This document shows, in pieces, positions 50,218-59,901 of a DNA stretch of 64,000 bases. A program made the translations under genes and the position numbers. This DNA comes from Alphaproteobacteria bacterium. Lineage in GTDB: Bacteria > Pseudomonadota > Alphaproteobacteria > UBA6615. Where the stretch lies: positions 33,848 to 97,847 of the forward strand of contig CBDHEC010000046.1 in NCBI GenBank assembly GCA_965261975.1, read 5' to 3'. The notes beneath the pieces were generated by a model, which did not search any database, was not told the origin of the DNA, and worked only from the letters and a program-made list of their open reading frames with translations. Each line of letters opens with the position of its first letter. Positions within the stretch are counted from its first letter, which is position 1.

Positions 50218-51020
50218 TGCTGAAGGTGCGGATTATTCCCTGCCTCGATGTCAAAGACGGACGCGTGGTCAAGGGCGTCAACTTCGTCGGCCTGCGTGAT
50301 GCGGGCGACCCGGTGGAGCAGGCGCAGATTTATGATCAGGCGGGCGCCGATGAGCTGTGCTTCCTCGACATCACCGCCAGCCATGAGGACCGGGACATCA
50401 TCTTCGATGTGGTGGCACGAACGGCCGAGGCCTGCTTCATGCCGCTGACCGTCGGCGGCGGGGTGCGCACGGTCGAGGATATTCGCAAGCTCCTGCTCGC
50501 GGGCGCCGACAAGGTGTCGATCAACACCGCAGCGGTGAACGATCCCGAATTCGTCCGCGCGGCGGCCGAGAAGTTCGGCACCCAATGCATCGTCGTTGCG
50601 ATCGACGCCAAGGCCGTCGAATCCGAGGGGGTTGCAGGTAACTGGGAGGTCTTTACCCATGGCGGCCGCAACCCGACCGGCCTCGATGCGGTCGCGTGGG
50701 CGCAACAGATGGAAGCTTACGGGGCCGGCGAGATTCTGCTCACCTCCATGGACCGGGACGGCACGAAATCCGGGTTCGATGTGGCACTGACCCGCGCGAT
50801 CGCCGATGCGATTACCATTCCGGTCATCGCTTCGGGCGGGGTCGGCACGCTGGATCATCTTGTCGAGGGCGCGCGCGACGGTCATGCTTCGGCGGTGCTC
50901 GCGGCGTCGATTTTCCATTTCGGCGAGCACTCGCTGGGTGAGGCGAAGGCGCATATGGCGGCGGCGGGCGTTCCCGTGCGGCCGGTGGCCGGCGATGGTC
51001 ACAAGAAGGAGGGCTCGTGA
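50217..51020 (+). CDS. hisF: Imidazole glycerol phosphate synthase cyclase subunit
   Basis: [23 protein letters not shown]. Confidence 0.97.
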   Translation: MLKVRIIPCLDVKDGRVVKGVNFVGLRDAGDPVEQAQIYDQAGADELCFLDITASHEDRDIIFDVVARTAEACFMPLTVGGGVRTVEDIRKLLLAGADKVSINTAAVNDPEFVRAAAEKFGTQCIVVAIDAKAVESEGVAGNWEVFTHGGRNPTGLDAVAWAQQMEAYGAGEILLTSMDRDGTKSGFDVALTRAIADAITIPVIASGGVGTLDHLVEGARDGHASAVLAASIFHFGEHSLGEAKAHMAAAGVPVRPVAGDGHKKEGS

Positions 51021-51352
51021 TGGCCGACAAAACAAGTGCGGAAATTGTCGATGCACTCTATGCGGTGATCGAATCGCGACGCGGCGCGGACCCGGATTCT
51101 TCCTACACAGCGCAGCTCCTTGCGAAGGGCACCGGCAAGATCGCCGAGAAGGTCGGCGAGGAGGCGGTCGAGACCGTCGTTGCGGCCCTCAATGAGGGTC
51201 CTGACGCGCTGGCCGCCGAGAGCGCGGACCTCATCTATCATCTCTGCGTCCTGTGGGCGGATGCGGGCGTGCGCCCGGAAGACGTCTGGGCGAAGCTGGC
51301 CGAACGCCAGGGCATGTCCGGGCTGACCGAGAAGGCGAACCGAAATGACTGA
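51020..51352 (+). CDS. hisE: Phosphoribosyl-ATP diphosphatase
   Basis: SSYTAQL, KVGEEAVE, ESADLIYH. Confidence 0.95.
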   Translation: MADKTSAEIVDALYAVIESRRGADPDSSYTAQLLAKGTGKIAEKVGEEAVETVVAALNEGPDALAAESADLIYHLCVLWADAGVRPEDVWAKLAERQGMSGLTEKANRND

Positions 51353-51722
51353 CATGACCTATGACGACGAGAATATCTTCGCGAAGATCCTGCGCGGCGA
51401 GATCCCCTGCAACAAGGTCTTCGAGGATGACCACGCGCTGGCCTTCCACGACATAAACCCCCAGGCGCCGGTCCATGTGCTGGTGATCCCCAAGGGAGCA
51501 TATGTGTCGAGCGAGGACTTCACGGCCAACGCGACGGACGCCGAAATCGCGGGATTCATGCGCGCGGTCGGCCATGTCGCACGCGAACTCGACCTCGCGG
51601 AACCCGGCTACAGGATTCTGGCCAACCACGGCACGGATTCCGGACAGGAAGTGCCTCACTTCCATGTGCATATCTTCGGTGGCCGGAATCTGGGCCGGAT
51701 GATCAAACCGCTCGACTCGTGA
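51345..51722 (+). CDS. HIT family nucleotide-binding protein
   Basis: NIFAKILRGEIP, GQEVPHFHVH histidine triad. Confidence 0.95.
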   Translation: MTDMTYDDENIFAKILRGEIPCNKVFEDDHALAFHDINPQAPVHVLVIPKGAYVSSEDFTANATDAEIAGFMRAVGHVARELDLAEPGYRILANHGTDSGQEVPHFHVHIFGGRNLGRMIKPLDS

Positions 51723-51786
51723 GCTTCCGGTTGCCCCGCCGTGCCTGATTGCACAGAATAAACGGTGGGGAATACGGAGGAGCGCC

Positions 51787-52650
51787 ATGAGTTACGAGAG
51801 TTTTGATCTGCACGAGATGTCGCCGGCCTGTGGCGGCATTATCGAGGGCATTGATCTTTCCAAGGACCTGACCAATCGTCAGTTCGACGAGATTCACGAG
51901 GCCCTGCTCGACCGCACGGTGATCGTGTTCCGCGATCAGGACCTCACGCCCGAGCAGCAGGTGGCGTTCGCGCGGCGTTTTGGCGATCCGCAGCCGGCGG
52001 AGGTGTCGGGCTTCGAGAAGAGCAAGGAAAATCCGGAAATCGACATCCTCGAATATGACGCGTCGAACCCGCCGCATGTGACCCGCGACCTGTGGCACAC
52101 CGATTTCGTCGGCACCGAGCAGCCGACCATGGGGACGGTGCTCTATGCCAAGGACATCCCGCCGCGTGGCGGTGACACTGTCTGGGTCAACATGGTGGCC
52201 GCCTATGAAGGGTTGTCCGACCGGATGCGCGCCCATGTCGACGGGTTGTGGGCCTATCATGATTCCTATCAGCCCTATTCCGAGATCTCGCGCCCGGAAA
52301 TGTATGACGCCGACAAGGGTACGGACTATCTGCGCGACAAGCAGGCCGCCTATGTGCCGGCCCTGCATCCGGTGGTGCGCAAGCACCCCGTGACCGGCAA
52401 GAAGGGCCTGTTCGTCAACGAGTCCATGACCACCTTCATCAAGGACATGGACCGGCGCGAAAGCGACTTCCTGCTGCGCTACCTGTTCGATTATCTGCGC
52501 ACGCCGGAATTCAACTACCGCCACAAGTGGAAGACCAACGACCTGGCGGTCTGGGATAACCGCCTGTCCCTGCATTACGCGCTGTTCGATTACACCGAAC
52601 ACCGCCTGATGCACCGCATCGTCATCCAGGGCGACGTGCCCCACGAATAG
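51787..52650 (+). CDS. TauD/TfdA family 2-oxoglutarate dioxygenase
   Basis: WHTD, GGDT, HPVVRKHP, WDNRLSLHY. Confidence 0.93.
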   Translation: MSYESFDLHEMSPACGGIIEGIDLSKDLTNRQFDEIHEALLDRTVIVFRDQDLTPEQQVAFARRFGDPQPAEVSGFEKSKENPEIDILEYDASNPPHVTRDLWHTDFVGTEQPTMGTVLYAKDIPPRGGDTVWVNMVAAYEGLSDRMRAHVDGLWAYHDSYQPYSEISRPEMYDADKGTDYLRDKQAAYVPALHPVVRKHPVTGKKGLFVNESMTTFIKDMDRRESDFLLRYLFDYLRTPEFNYRHKWKTNDLAVWDNRLSLHYALFDYTEHRLMHRIVIQGDVPHE

Positions 52651-52667
52651 CCAGTTTCTGCAGGCGG

Positions 52668-53522
52668 CTATCCGATCGGAATATTGTCGATAAGCCGGGT
52701 CTCGCCGAGCCAGGCGGCGGCCAGCACGCGCAGGGATGCACCCTCCGGTGCCTGATCGGCTGGCAGCAGGGTATCGGCGGTGCGGACCTCCACATACTCG
52801 ATCGGAGAGAAGCCCGCCGCGGCCAGCGCCTCGTGACCGGCCGCACAGGCAACAGGCGCGGCCTCTCCGGCCTGCACCCGTTGCGCGATGTCGAGCAGCG
52901 TGGCGTGCATGATGGGTGCGACGGCGCGATCGGCGGGGCTCAGATACGCGTTGCGCGAAGAGACCGCGAGGCCGTCGGCTTCGCGCACCGTGGGCAGGCC
53001 GATGATCTGTACCGGGATGTCCAGGTCGAGGGCCAGGCGTCGAATGACCTGCAGCTGCTGGTAGTCCTTTTCGCCGAATACGGCGCAATCGGGCAGGGCC
53101 TGCAGGAGCAGCTTTGTGACGATCGTCGCGACCCCGGCGAAGTGGCCGGGCCGATGGTCGCCGCACAGCCCCTGGCTGATGTCGGGTACATCGACGATTG
53201 TCTCAAAGCCGGAGGGATACATCTCGTCCACGCCCGGGGCGAACAGCAGGTCGACACCGTGCTTCTGGAGCGTCTCGATATCGCGCGCCTCGCGACGCGG
53301 GTAGCTGGAGAAATCCTCGTCCGGGCCGAACTGGGTCGGGTTGACGAATATGGTGGCCACCACCCGATCGGCATGATTGCGGGCCTTGTCTGCCAGCGCC
53401 ATGTGGGCCGTGTGCAGTGCGCCCATCGTCGGCACGAGGCCGATGGTCTCACCCGCGCGCCGCCAGCCGGAGATAGCCTCGCGCAGCTCTTTGACGGTAC
53501 GGACGATCGCGAGCTCGGACAT
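52668..53522 (-). CDS. panC: Pantoate--beta-alanine ligase
   Basis: VPTMGALH, FVNPTQF, FGEKDYQQ, SSRN, RLIDN. Confidence 0.97.
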   Translation of the reverse strand: MSELAIVRTVKELREAISGWRRAGETIGLVPTMGALHTAHMALADKARNHADRVVATIFVNPTQFGPDEDFSSYPRREARDIETLQKHGVDLLFAPGVDEMYPSGFETIVDVPDISQGLCGDHRPGHFAGVATIVTKLLLQALPDCAVFGEKDYQQLQVIRRLALDLDIPVQIIGLPTVREADGLAVSSRNAYLSPADRAVAPIMHATLLDIAQRVQAGEAAPVACAAGHEALAAAGFSPIEYVEVRTADTLLPADQAPEGASLRVLAAAWLGETRLIDNIPIG

Positions 53523-53534
53523 GCGGCGGGTCCC

Positions 53535-54380
53535 CTATTCGCCGGCTGGTTTGGCGTTGCCGAAAACATGTTCCGGGCCGGGGAATGTCCGGGCCCGAAC
53601 GTCGTCGGCATACGCCGCTGCAGCCGTCTCGATCTCGGGGTTCAAATCGGCATAGCGCTTGACGAATTTCGGCGTATAGGCGCCGAACAGTCCGACCATG
53701 TCCTCGGTGACAAGTATCTGGCCATCGCAAGCCGGCGATGCGCCGATACCGATGGTCGGGATGTCGATTGCCTCGGTGATCTCGCGCCCCAGTGATTCGG
53801 GCACGCCCTCGATGACCACGCCGAAGGCGCCTGCCTGGGTGACGGCGCGCGCGTCGTCGCGAATTTGCTGGGCCCGCGCATCGTCACGTCCCTGGACCTT
53901 GAAGCCGCCGAACATGTTCGACGATTGCGGCGTCAGGCCGATATGGGCCAGCACCGGGACACCCCGGGCGACCAGGAAGGCGATGGTATCCGCCATCGCC
54001 ACCCCGCCCTCGAGCTTGACGGCCGCGCAGCCGGTCTCGGTGAGAACCCGCGATGCCGATTCGAAGGCCGCGGCGGGTGATGCTTCGTAGGATGCGAATG
54101 GCATGTCGACAACGACGCAGGCGTGCCTGCTGCCGCGCACCACGGCCGCGCCATGGGCGATCATCATGTCCAGCGTGACGGGCAACGTGGAGTCGAAACC
54201 GTAGAGGACCATGCCCAGGGAATCGCCGACGAGCAGGAAGTCCACATGCGGGTCGAGCACTTCGGCCATGGGAGCCGTGTAAGCGGTCAGGCTGACAATG
54301 GGCGTGCCGCCCTTGCGGGCACGGAGATCGGGAACCCCAATGCGCCGGACGGGCGCGTCTGTCGGCGTGGCTGTGCTCAT
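53535..54380 (-). CDS. panB: 3-methyl-2-oxobutanoate hydroxymethyltransferase
   Basis: [30 protein letters not shown]. Confidence 0.97.
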   Translation of the reverse strand: MSTATPTDAPVRRIGVPDLRARKGGTPIVSLTAYTAPMAEVLDPHVDFLLVGDSLGMVLYGFDSTLPVTLDMMIAHGAAVVRGSRHACVVVDMPFASYEASPAAAFESASRVLTETGCAAVKLEGGVAMADTIAFLVARGVPVLAHIGLTPQSSNMFGGFKVQGRDDARAQQIRDDARAVTQAGAFGVVIEGVPESLGREITEAIDIPTIGIGASPACDGQILVTEDMVGLFGAYTPKFVKRYADLNPEIETAAAAYADDVRARTFPGPEHVFGNAKPAGE

Positions 54381-54449
54381 CTTCGTTTCCCCCGGCCGGA
54401 TATTTCCCGGCATGGCTATTGATTGGCTCTCGTTCGGCGAAAACGCTAA

Positions 54450-54563
54450 TTGTGCGACGCACAAAATGCAAGGCCAGTTATCGGGAGAAGCGCCGAGGTT
54501 CTACCCGGTATGGCCCGAAATACCGGGACTGTAGGGCTATTGACCAGAAGTTGCGCCGCACAA
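54450..54563. promoter_or_regulatory. Two PhaR-box-like sites upstream of panB
   Basis: TTGTGCGACGCACAA palindrome at 54450-54464 and TGCGCCGCACAA at 54552-54563, both fitting TGCRNYGCASMA. Confidence 0.6.
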
Positions 54564-54592
54564 ATTTCGGTCGGCGGGTAGCCCGCCGACGC

Positions 54593-55828
54593 CTAGTTCC
54601 GGCCGAGAATGGTCACACAGGCCACGGCCTCTTCGATGCCGTGAAAGCCGCCGCCATTTTCCGCGATCGCGTATTCGGCATCCGCCACCTGCCGCGAGCC
54701 GGCCTCCCCGCGGAGCTGGGTGGTCAGTTCGAACACCTGTGCGAGGCCCGTGGCGCCGACCGGGTGTCCCTTGGATTCGAGCCCGCCCGACGGATTGACC
54801 GGAATCCGGCCGCCGAGGGTCGTGGCGCCGCTTTCCGTCAGCGCGCCCCCTGCCCCGAAGTCGCAGAAGCCGAGATTCTCGACCTGCTGGATCTCGGCGA
54901 ACGCCGTGGCGTCATGGACCTCGGCCACATGCATGTCGTCCGGCCCCAGCCCGGCCCGCTCATAGGCGTCGCGGGCCGCGAGGTGCGTGACATGCCGGTC
55001 GAATTCCTGGGGATCGCGGTCGGAGCCGGTGCGCAGCGCCGTCGCGTGAATCTTTACCGCCCGCGACCGGTCGAAGCGGTCGAGTTCCTCCTCGCGGCAG
55101 ATGATTGCCGCCGCGGCACCGTCGGAAATGGGCGAACACATGGGCAGCGTCAGCGGCCAGCTCACCTTGCGCCCGGCCATCACCTCGTCGACCGACATCG
55201 CCTCGCGATATTGCGACAGCGGGTTGTGGGCGGAATGGGCGTGGTTCTTGGCGGCCACGGCGGCGAGTTGTGCCTGGGTCGTGCCGAAGGACTTCATGTG
55301 GAACTTCGCCAGGGCGGCGTAGACATCCATGAACACGCTGCGCTGGCCGGTGTCTTCCTCGCCGTCCGGGTCGGCGACCCCCTGCCCCAGCGCCAGGAGC
55401 CGATCGGTCGCGGCCGCCACGTCATGGACATCCCAGCCGCCGTCGAACACCGAGAACATTTTGGCCCGGTCCTCGTGGAACATCTTCTCGGCACCCACCG
55501 CGAGTGCCACCCCGCCGCGCCCGGCCTCCAGCCAGGTCGCGGCCATGTCGAGCGCCGTCGAAGCGCTGGCGCAGGCATTCTCCACATTGGTGACCGGGAT
55601 TTCCTGGATGCCCATGTTGCGCAGCGCGATCTCGCCGGGGATTGACCCCTGCCCTTCGAGGATCGCCTGGGCGGCGTTGGAGAACCATGCCGCCTCGATG
55701 TCGGCAATTTCCGCACCGGCATCCGCCAGCGCATCGGTCACTACGGCGCGTGTCATTTCCTTGATCGGCCGGTCGAGATAGCGGCCGAACGGTGTCATGC
55801 CCACGCCGACGATGTAGATGTCAGTCAT
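54593..55828 (-). CDS. Thiolase family protein (SCP2/SCPx-type)
   Basis: VENACASAS, EVHDAT, NPSGGL..GHPVGATG. Confidence 0.9.
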   Translation of the reverse strand: MTDIYIVGVGMTPFGRYLDRPIKEMTRAVVTDALADAGAEIADIEAAWFSNAAQAILEGQGSIPGEIALRNMGIQEIPVTNVENACASASTALDMAATWLEAGRGGVALAVGAEKMFHEDRAKMFSVFDGGWDVHDVAAATDRLLALGQGVADPDGEEDTGQRSVFMDVYAALAKFHMKSFGTTQAQLAAVAAKNHAHSAHNPLSQYREAMSVDEVMAGRKVSWPLTLPMCSPISDGAAAAIICREEELDRFDRSRAVKIHATALRTGSDRDPQEFDRHVTHLAARDAYERAGLGPDDMHVAEVHDATAFAEIQQVENLGFCDFGAGGALTESGATTLGGRIPVNPSGGLESKGHPVGATGLAQVFELTTQLRGEAGSRQVADAEYAIAENGGGFHGIEEAVACVTILGRN

Positions 55829-55854
55829 CTTCTCATTTCCTCTTTGTCTGCCGC

Positions 55855-57096
55855 CTAGATCGACACAGGCATGCTGGTCAGGCCGCGGAACCGGGCCCGC
55901 CCGCCACGGCTCACCGGGCCGGTGCGTTCCAGGTCGGGGAAGGCGGCGACCAGTTTGCCGATGGCGATCGTGCCCTCCATGCGCGCGAGCGGCGCACCGA
56001 TACAGGCGTGAATGCCGGCGGCGAATGCCAGATGCTTGTTGGGCGTGCGCGTGATGTCGAAGACCTCGGGCCGGTCGAAAGCGTCGGGGTCGTGGTTGGC
56101 GCCGCCGATGCTTGTGAGCACCTGGGTGCCGGGCTCGAGGGTGATGTCGCCGATCTCGAACGGCTCGGCGATGCCGCGGTTACCGATCTGCAGCGGGCTG
56201 TCGAAGCGCAGCATTTCCTCGATCGCGCCGCCGATCAGCGACGGGTCCTTACGCAGCTTGTCCAGTTGATCGGGGTTGTCGAACATCGCCTTCATGCCGT
56301 TGCCCACGAGGTTCGTCGTCGTTTCGTGGCCGCCGTTGAGCAGCAGGATGCAGTTCTGGACGAGCTCGTCCTCGGTCAGGGGGTCGTCTTCGGAATCCTG
56401 GGATTCGATCAGTTCTTCGAGAATGTCCCCTGCCCGCACGCCGCGTGCCATGTTGCGCCGTTTCTCCGCCAGGAGATCGCGCAGGAAGGCGGTGAACTCG
56501 TCGACAGCCCGGTTGCCGGCCGCGACCATCTCCGGTGTCGCCGTGGGCTCGAGCGGTGTCAGGATTTCCCGCGACCATTCCTGCAGCCGTTCCCGTTCGC
56601 TTGTGTCGATTCCGAGCATGGAGCAGATCACCTCCACCGGCAGCGGGAACGCGAAATCCAGAACGAGGTCCATCCCGCCTTCGTCGCGGCAGCGTTCGAT
56701 CAGGCTGTCCACGAGATCGACCACCCGATGTTCGAGCTGCTGCAGGGCGCGCGGCGTGAAAGCGTGGCGCAGGAGGTTGCGAATGCGGGTGTGATAGGGC
56801 GGGTCACTGAACAGCATCGACGTGGTGTGCTGTTCGAGCAGCGGCCCCGGCCCGTACTTCTTTGTGAACATCTCGGTCTTGTCCGACGTCATGCCCTTGG
56901 TGCGGTAGACCCGGCGCACGTCTTCGTAGCGGGTCAGGTAGAAGGACCCGTCGGTGTTTTCATGCACCGGATCGAGCGCGCGGAGCGCGTCATAATAGGG
57001 ATACGGGCTCTCGTAGAATTCGGCCGGCGGGGCATACAGGTCGAAACGCTCAAGCAGTTCGCCCTGGGTCGCCGGGGCGACCATTGTTGATCTCAT
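55855..57096 (-). CDS. Cytochrome P450
   Basis: DPPYHTRIR, GGHETT, EEMLR, FAAGIHACIG haem ligand. Confidence 0.95.
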   Translation of the reverse strand: MRSTMVAPATQGELLERFDLYAPPAEFYESPYPYYDALRALDPVHENTDGSFYLTRYEDVRRVYRTKGMTSDKTEMFTKKYGPGPLLEQHTTSMLFSDPPYHTRIRNLLRHAFTPRALQQLEHRVVDLVDSLIERCRDEGGMDLVLDFAFPLPVEVICSMLGIDTSERERLQEWSREILTPLEPTATPEMVAAGNRAVDEFTAFLRDLLAEKRRNMARGVRAGDILEELIESQDSEDDPLTEDELVQNCILLLNGGHETTTNLVGNGMKAMFDNPDQLDKLRKDPSLIGGAIEEMLRFDSPLQIGNRGIAEPFEIGDITLEPGTQVLTSIGGANHDPDAFDRPEVFDITRTPNKHLAFAAGIHACIGAPLARMEGTIAIGKLVAAFPDLERTGPVSRGGRARFRGLTSMPVSI

Positions 57097-57239
57097 GACG
57101 TTTCCCCTGTCGTCTATATCGATGGCCTGAATGCTGTGACGGCCATTTTGTTGTTGGGCGTAATTGTAGGCAAAGCAGCAGGCAATGACTACGCTCTAGG
57201 GAACCGGTTCGGCCGGGCAGGACAGGGAATGAGTTCAAG

Positions 57240-57941
57240 ATGAGCCATCACGAAGATGAAGCCGAGCATCACTACGTGCACAGGATTGGCTGGTTGCGCG
57301 CCGCCGTTCTGGGGGCGAATGACGGCATTGTCTCGACCGCGAGCCTGATTGTCGGCGTCGCGGCGGCGTCGGCGGACCGCGAGACCATCCTGATCGCCGG
57401 TATTGCCGGGTTGGTGGCCGGCGCCACGGCCATGGCCGCCGGTGAGTATGTCTCGGTCAGCTCCCAGTCCGACACGGAACGCGCGGATCTGGAGACCGAG
57501 CGCCTCGCGCTGGAGGCCTCGCCAGACGAAGAGCTGGCCGAACTGGCTCAGGTCTATGTGGGCCGCGGGCTTGAGCCGGAACTGGCCCGGGAAGTCGCCA
57601 TTCAACTCACCGCGCATGATGCGCTGGGTGCGCATGCGCGAGACGAGCTGGGGATGCACGACACGAGCGCGGCGCGGCCCTTACAGGCGGCCTGGACATC
57701 TGCGGCGACATTCTCGGTGGGTGCAGGATTGCCGCTGGTTGCCGTGGCCCTGTCGCCGGTCGCCCAGGCCATACCCGTGGTTTCCATCGCGTCGCTGGCC
57801 AGTCTGGCGCTGCTCGGGGCCGTCTCGTCGAAGGTCGGCGGTGCGCCGGTGGCGCGGGCGACAGCGCGCGTCACGCTCTGGGGCGCCTTCGCGATGGCCC
57901 TCACGGCCGGAATCGGTAGCCTGGTCGGCGCGGCGATCTAG
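57240..57941 (+). CDS. VIT1/CCC1 family Fe/Mn transporter
   Basis: LRAAVLGANDGIVS, MAAGEYVSVSSQ, HARDELG. Confidence 0.93.
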   Translation: MSHHEDEAEHHYVHRIGWLRAAVLGANDGIVSTASLIVGVAAASADRETILIAGIAGLVAGATAMAAGEYVSVSSQSDTERADLETERLALEASPDEELAELAQVYVGRGLEPELAREVAIQLTAHDALGAHARDELGMHDTSAARPLQAAWTSAATFSVGAGLPLVAVALSPVAQAIPVVSIASLASLALLGAVSSKVGGAPVARATARVTLWGAFAMALTAGIGSLVGAAI

Positions 57942-58160
57942 GAGTCCGGGCCGGCGGGGCGCCGGTAGCCGCCGCACGCACGGAATGATGGCGGGCCCGC
58001 AGTGTTTACAACTGTGTGAGTGCGTGTTCACCGAAACATACGGAGCGACCCGCTTTCTGCGGATTCCAGGCCCGGGTTCTTTTGGGTAGTGCCAAAAGGC
58101 GGGTGCGGTAGTACCGTATGATTCGAGGTGGATGACGTTCGCAAGCGGAACCGAGCACTA

Positions 58161-59636
58161 ATGCTGCATAAGATCTTCGGCGCCGGCATGGCGTTTCTTG
58201 CTAACCGGCCACAGTTTGTGGTGGCTGCGCTCATCGCCGTGACACTGGCCGGTTTCACGACGGGGGTCCGCCATTACGCGGATGAAGCCAAGATACAGAC
58301 CGCCTACGACACGGCCAAATCATTCGAAAACTCCATTACGGCGCTGCACCAGTATTACTCCAAGGAGATCGAGCCGCGCGCACGCGCGGCGGGCGTTGAG
58401 TTTGCAATCGACTTCCACGATCACCCGGACCAGCTTCCCTTCCCGGCCACCGTATCGATCGAGTTTGGGAATACGCTTCGGGCTGTGAATCCGGCGATGA
58501 GCACCAAGATATACAGCCTTGACCCGTTTCCCAATCGCCGAGACCGAGTGCTTGACGCGTTCGAGACGGAATCTCTCGCCGTGCTCCTGAACGACCCCGA
58601 AACCGATTTTTTCCGGATCGAGGTCCGCGATGGCCAGGAATTCGCGCGGTATGCCCGCGCGCTCAAGATGGAAGCAGCATGCGTCGAATGCCACAACCGG
58701 CCCGAATACGGCTTTGAGGGGCGATGGAAACTGGGTGAGGTGCGCGGGGCCCAGCAGGTTACCCTGCCGGTACCCAATCTGACGCCGTTCATTGACCGGG
58801 CGACCGGAACGGCGATCTGGATCGCCATCGCCTCGTCATTGCTCGGCGGATTGCTGGTATGGCCTGTCGTCGCACGGCTTCGCCAGACGTTATCGCGCGC
58901 CGAGGCCGCGACCGAAGAACTTCGGGAGGCGAACAGGGCGAAGGAAGCTCTCTTCTCTATCGTTGCCCACGATCTGCGCAGCCCGTTGACCGGAATCATC
59001 GGTATTACCCGCTGGATCGCCGGCGCCGGGGGGAAGCTCAGCAAGGAAGCTCTCGTCGACTATGCCTCGGACATCAAGGAGGAGGGCGAACGGACGCTGG
59101 ATTTCCTGGACACGATGCTAAAATGGTCAAACGACCAGATGGACGGCATAACGCTGAAACCGCAGAACTTCGCCATCCGCGCGCTTGCCGAGGAATGTGT
59201 CTCACTGGTATCCGCGACGAGTTACCAGAAATCGGTCTTTATTGCCCAGAATGCCGGGCCCGAGACCGTCTATGCAGATCGCGAGGTGGCAAACGTCATT
59301 CTGCGCAACCTGATCAGCAACGCCATCAAGTTTACCCCCGGCGGCGGTGAAATCGAAATTTCCACCCGCAAGTCGGGCGATCAGGTGTTTGTGGCCGTCC
59401 GGGATACCGGTGTCGGGCTCAGTGCGGAAGAAATCGAGGTTCTCCTCGGCGCCCAACGGAACTTCTCGAAGGCCGGTACGGATGGTGAGCAGGGGACCGG
59501 CCTCGGTCTGGAGCTGTGCATCGAGATGATCGAAAAGTATGGTGGAAGCTTCACGATCACAAGTGAGCCCGGCCAGGGGGCCGTTTTCGAGTTTTCGCTG
59601 CCCGCCGCCGACTCGGATCGGTCGCAAGAAGCATGA
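58161..59636 (+). CDS. Sensor histidine kinase with an extracytoplasmic c-type haem (DUF3365-like) domain
   Basis: Two TM segments flanking a domain with CVECH; AHDLRSPL H-box, NLISNAIKF, DTGVG, GTGLGL. Confidence 0.88.
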   Translation: MLHKIFGAGMAFLANRPQFVVAALIAVTLAGFTTGVRHYADEAKIQTAYDTAKSFENSITALHQYYSKEIEPRARAAGVEFAIDFHDHPDQLPFPATVSIEFGNTLRAVNPAMSTKIYSLDPFPNRRDRVLDAFETESLAVLLNDPETDFFRIEVRDGQEFARYARALKMEAACVECHNRPEYGFEGRWKLGEVRGAQQVTLPVPNLTPFIDRATGTAIWIAIASSLLGGLLVWPVVARLRQTLSRAEAATEELREANRAKEALFSIVAHDLRSPLTGIIGITRWIAGAGGKLSKEALVDYASDIKEEGERTLDFLDTMLKWSNDQMDGITLKPQNFAIRALAEECVSLVSATSYQKSVFIAQNAGPETVYADREVANVILRNLISNAIKFTPGGGEIEISTRKSGDQVFVAVRDTGVGLSAEEIEVLLGAQRNFSKAGTDGEQGTGLGLELCIEMIEKYGGSFTITSEPGQGAVFEFSLPAADSDRSQEA

Positions 59637-59901
59637 ATGGCTGAGGCAATACACTGGACTACCTTTTGGATATACCAGCCTGTTATTAAACGGTTTTCTA
59701 AAAGTAGTGCGGGTTGACCTTTCGAAATTTCCGGGCCGTACACGGCCGCTGGCCGGGCGGTTTTTACGACCTTTTCCGACAGGGTGCTTTTTTCTGCTTC
59801 CGAAACCGTCCGGGAGAGGAATTATTCGGGATCTGCTAACGGACCCTGCGGGACGGTATTCGGGGCGTCCCGGGGGCCTCGCCGGCGGTCTGCAAAAAGT
59901 A

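Noticed and set aside
54593-59900. Genomic island or prophage between panB and comM
   Set aside because: Accessory-looking genes, but no integrase, transposase, att repeats or phage genes seen
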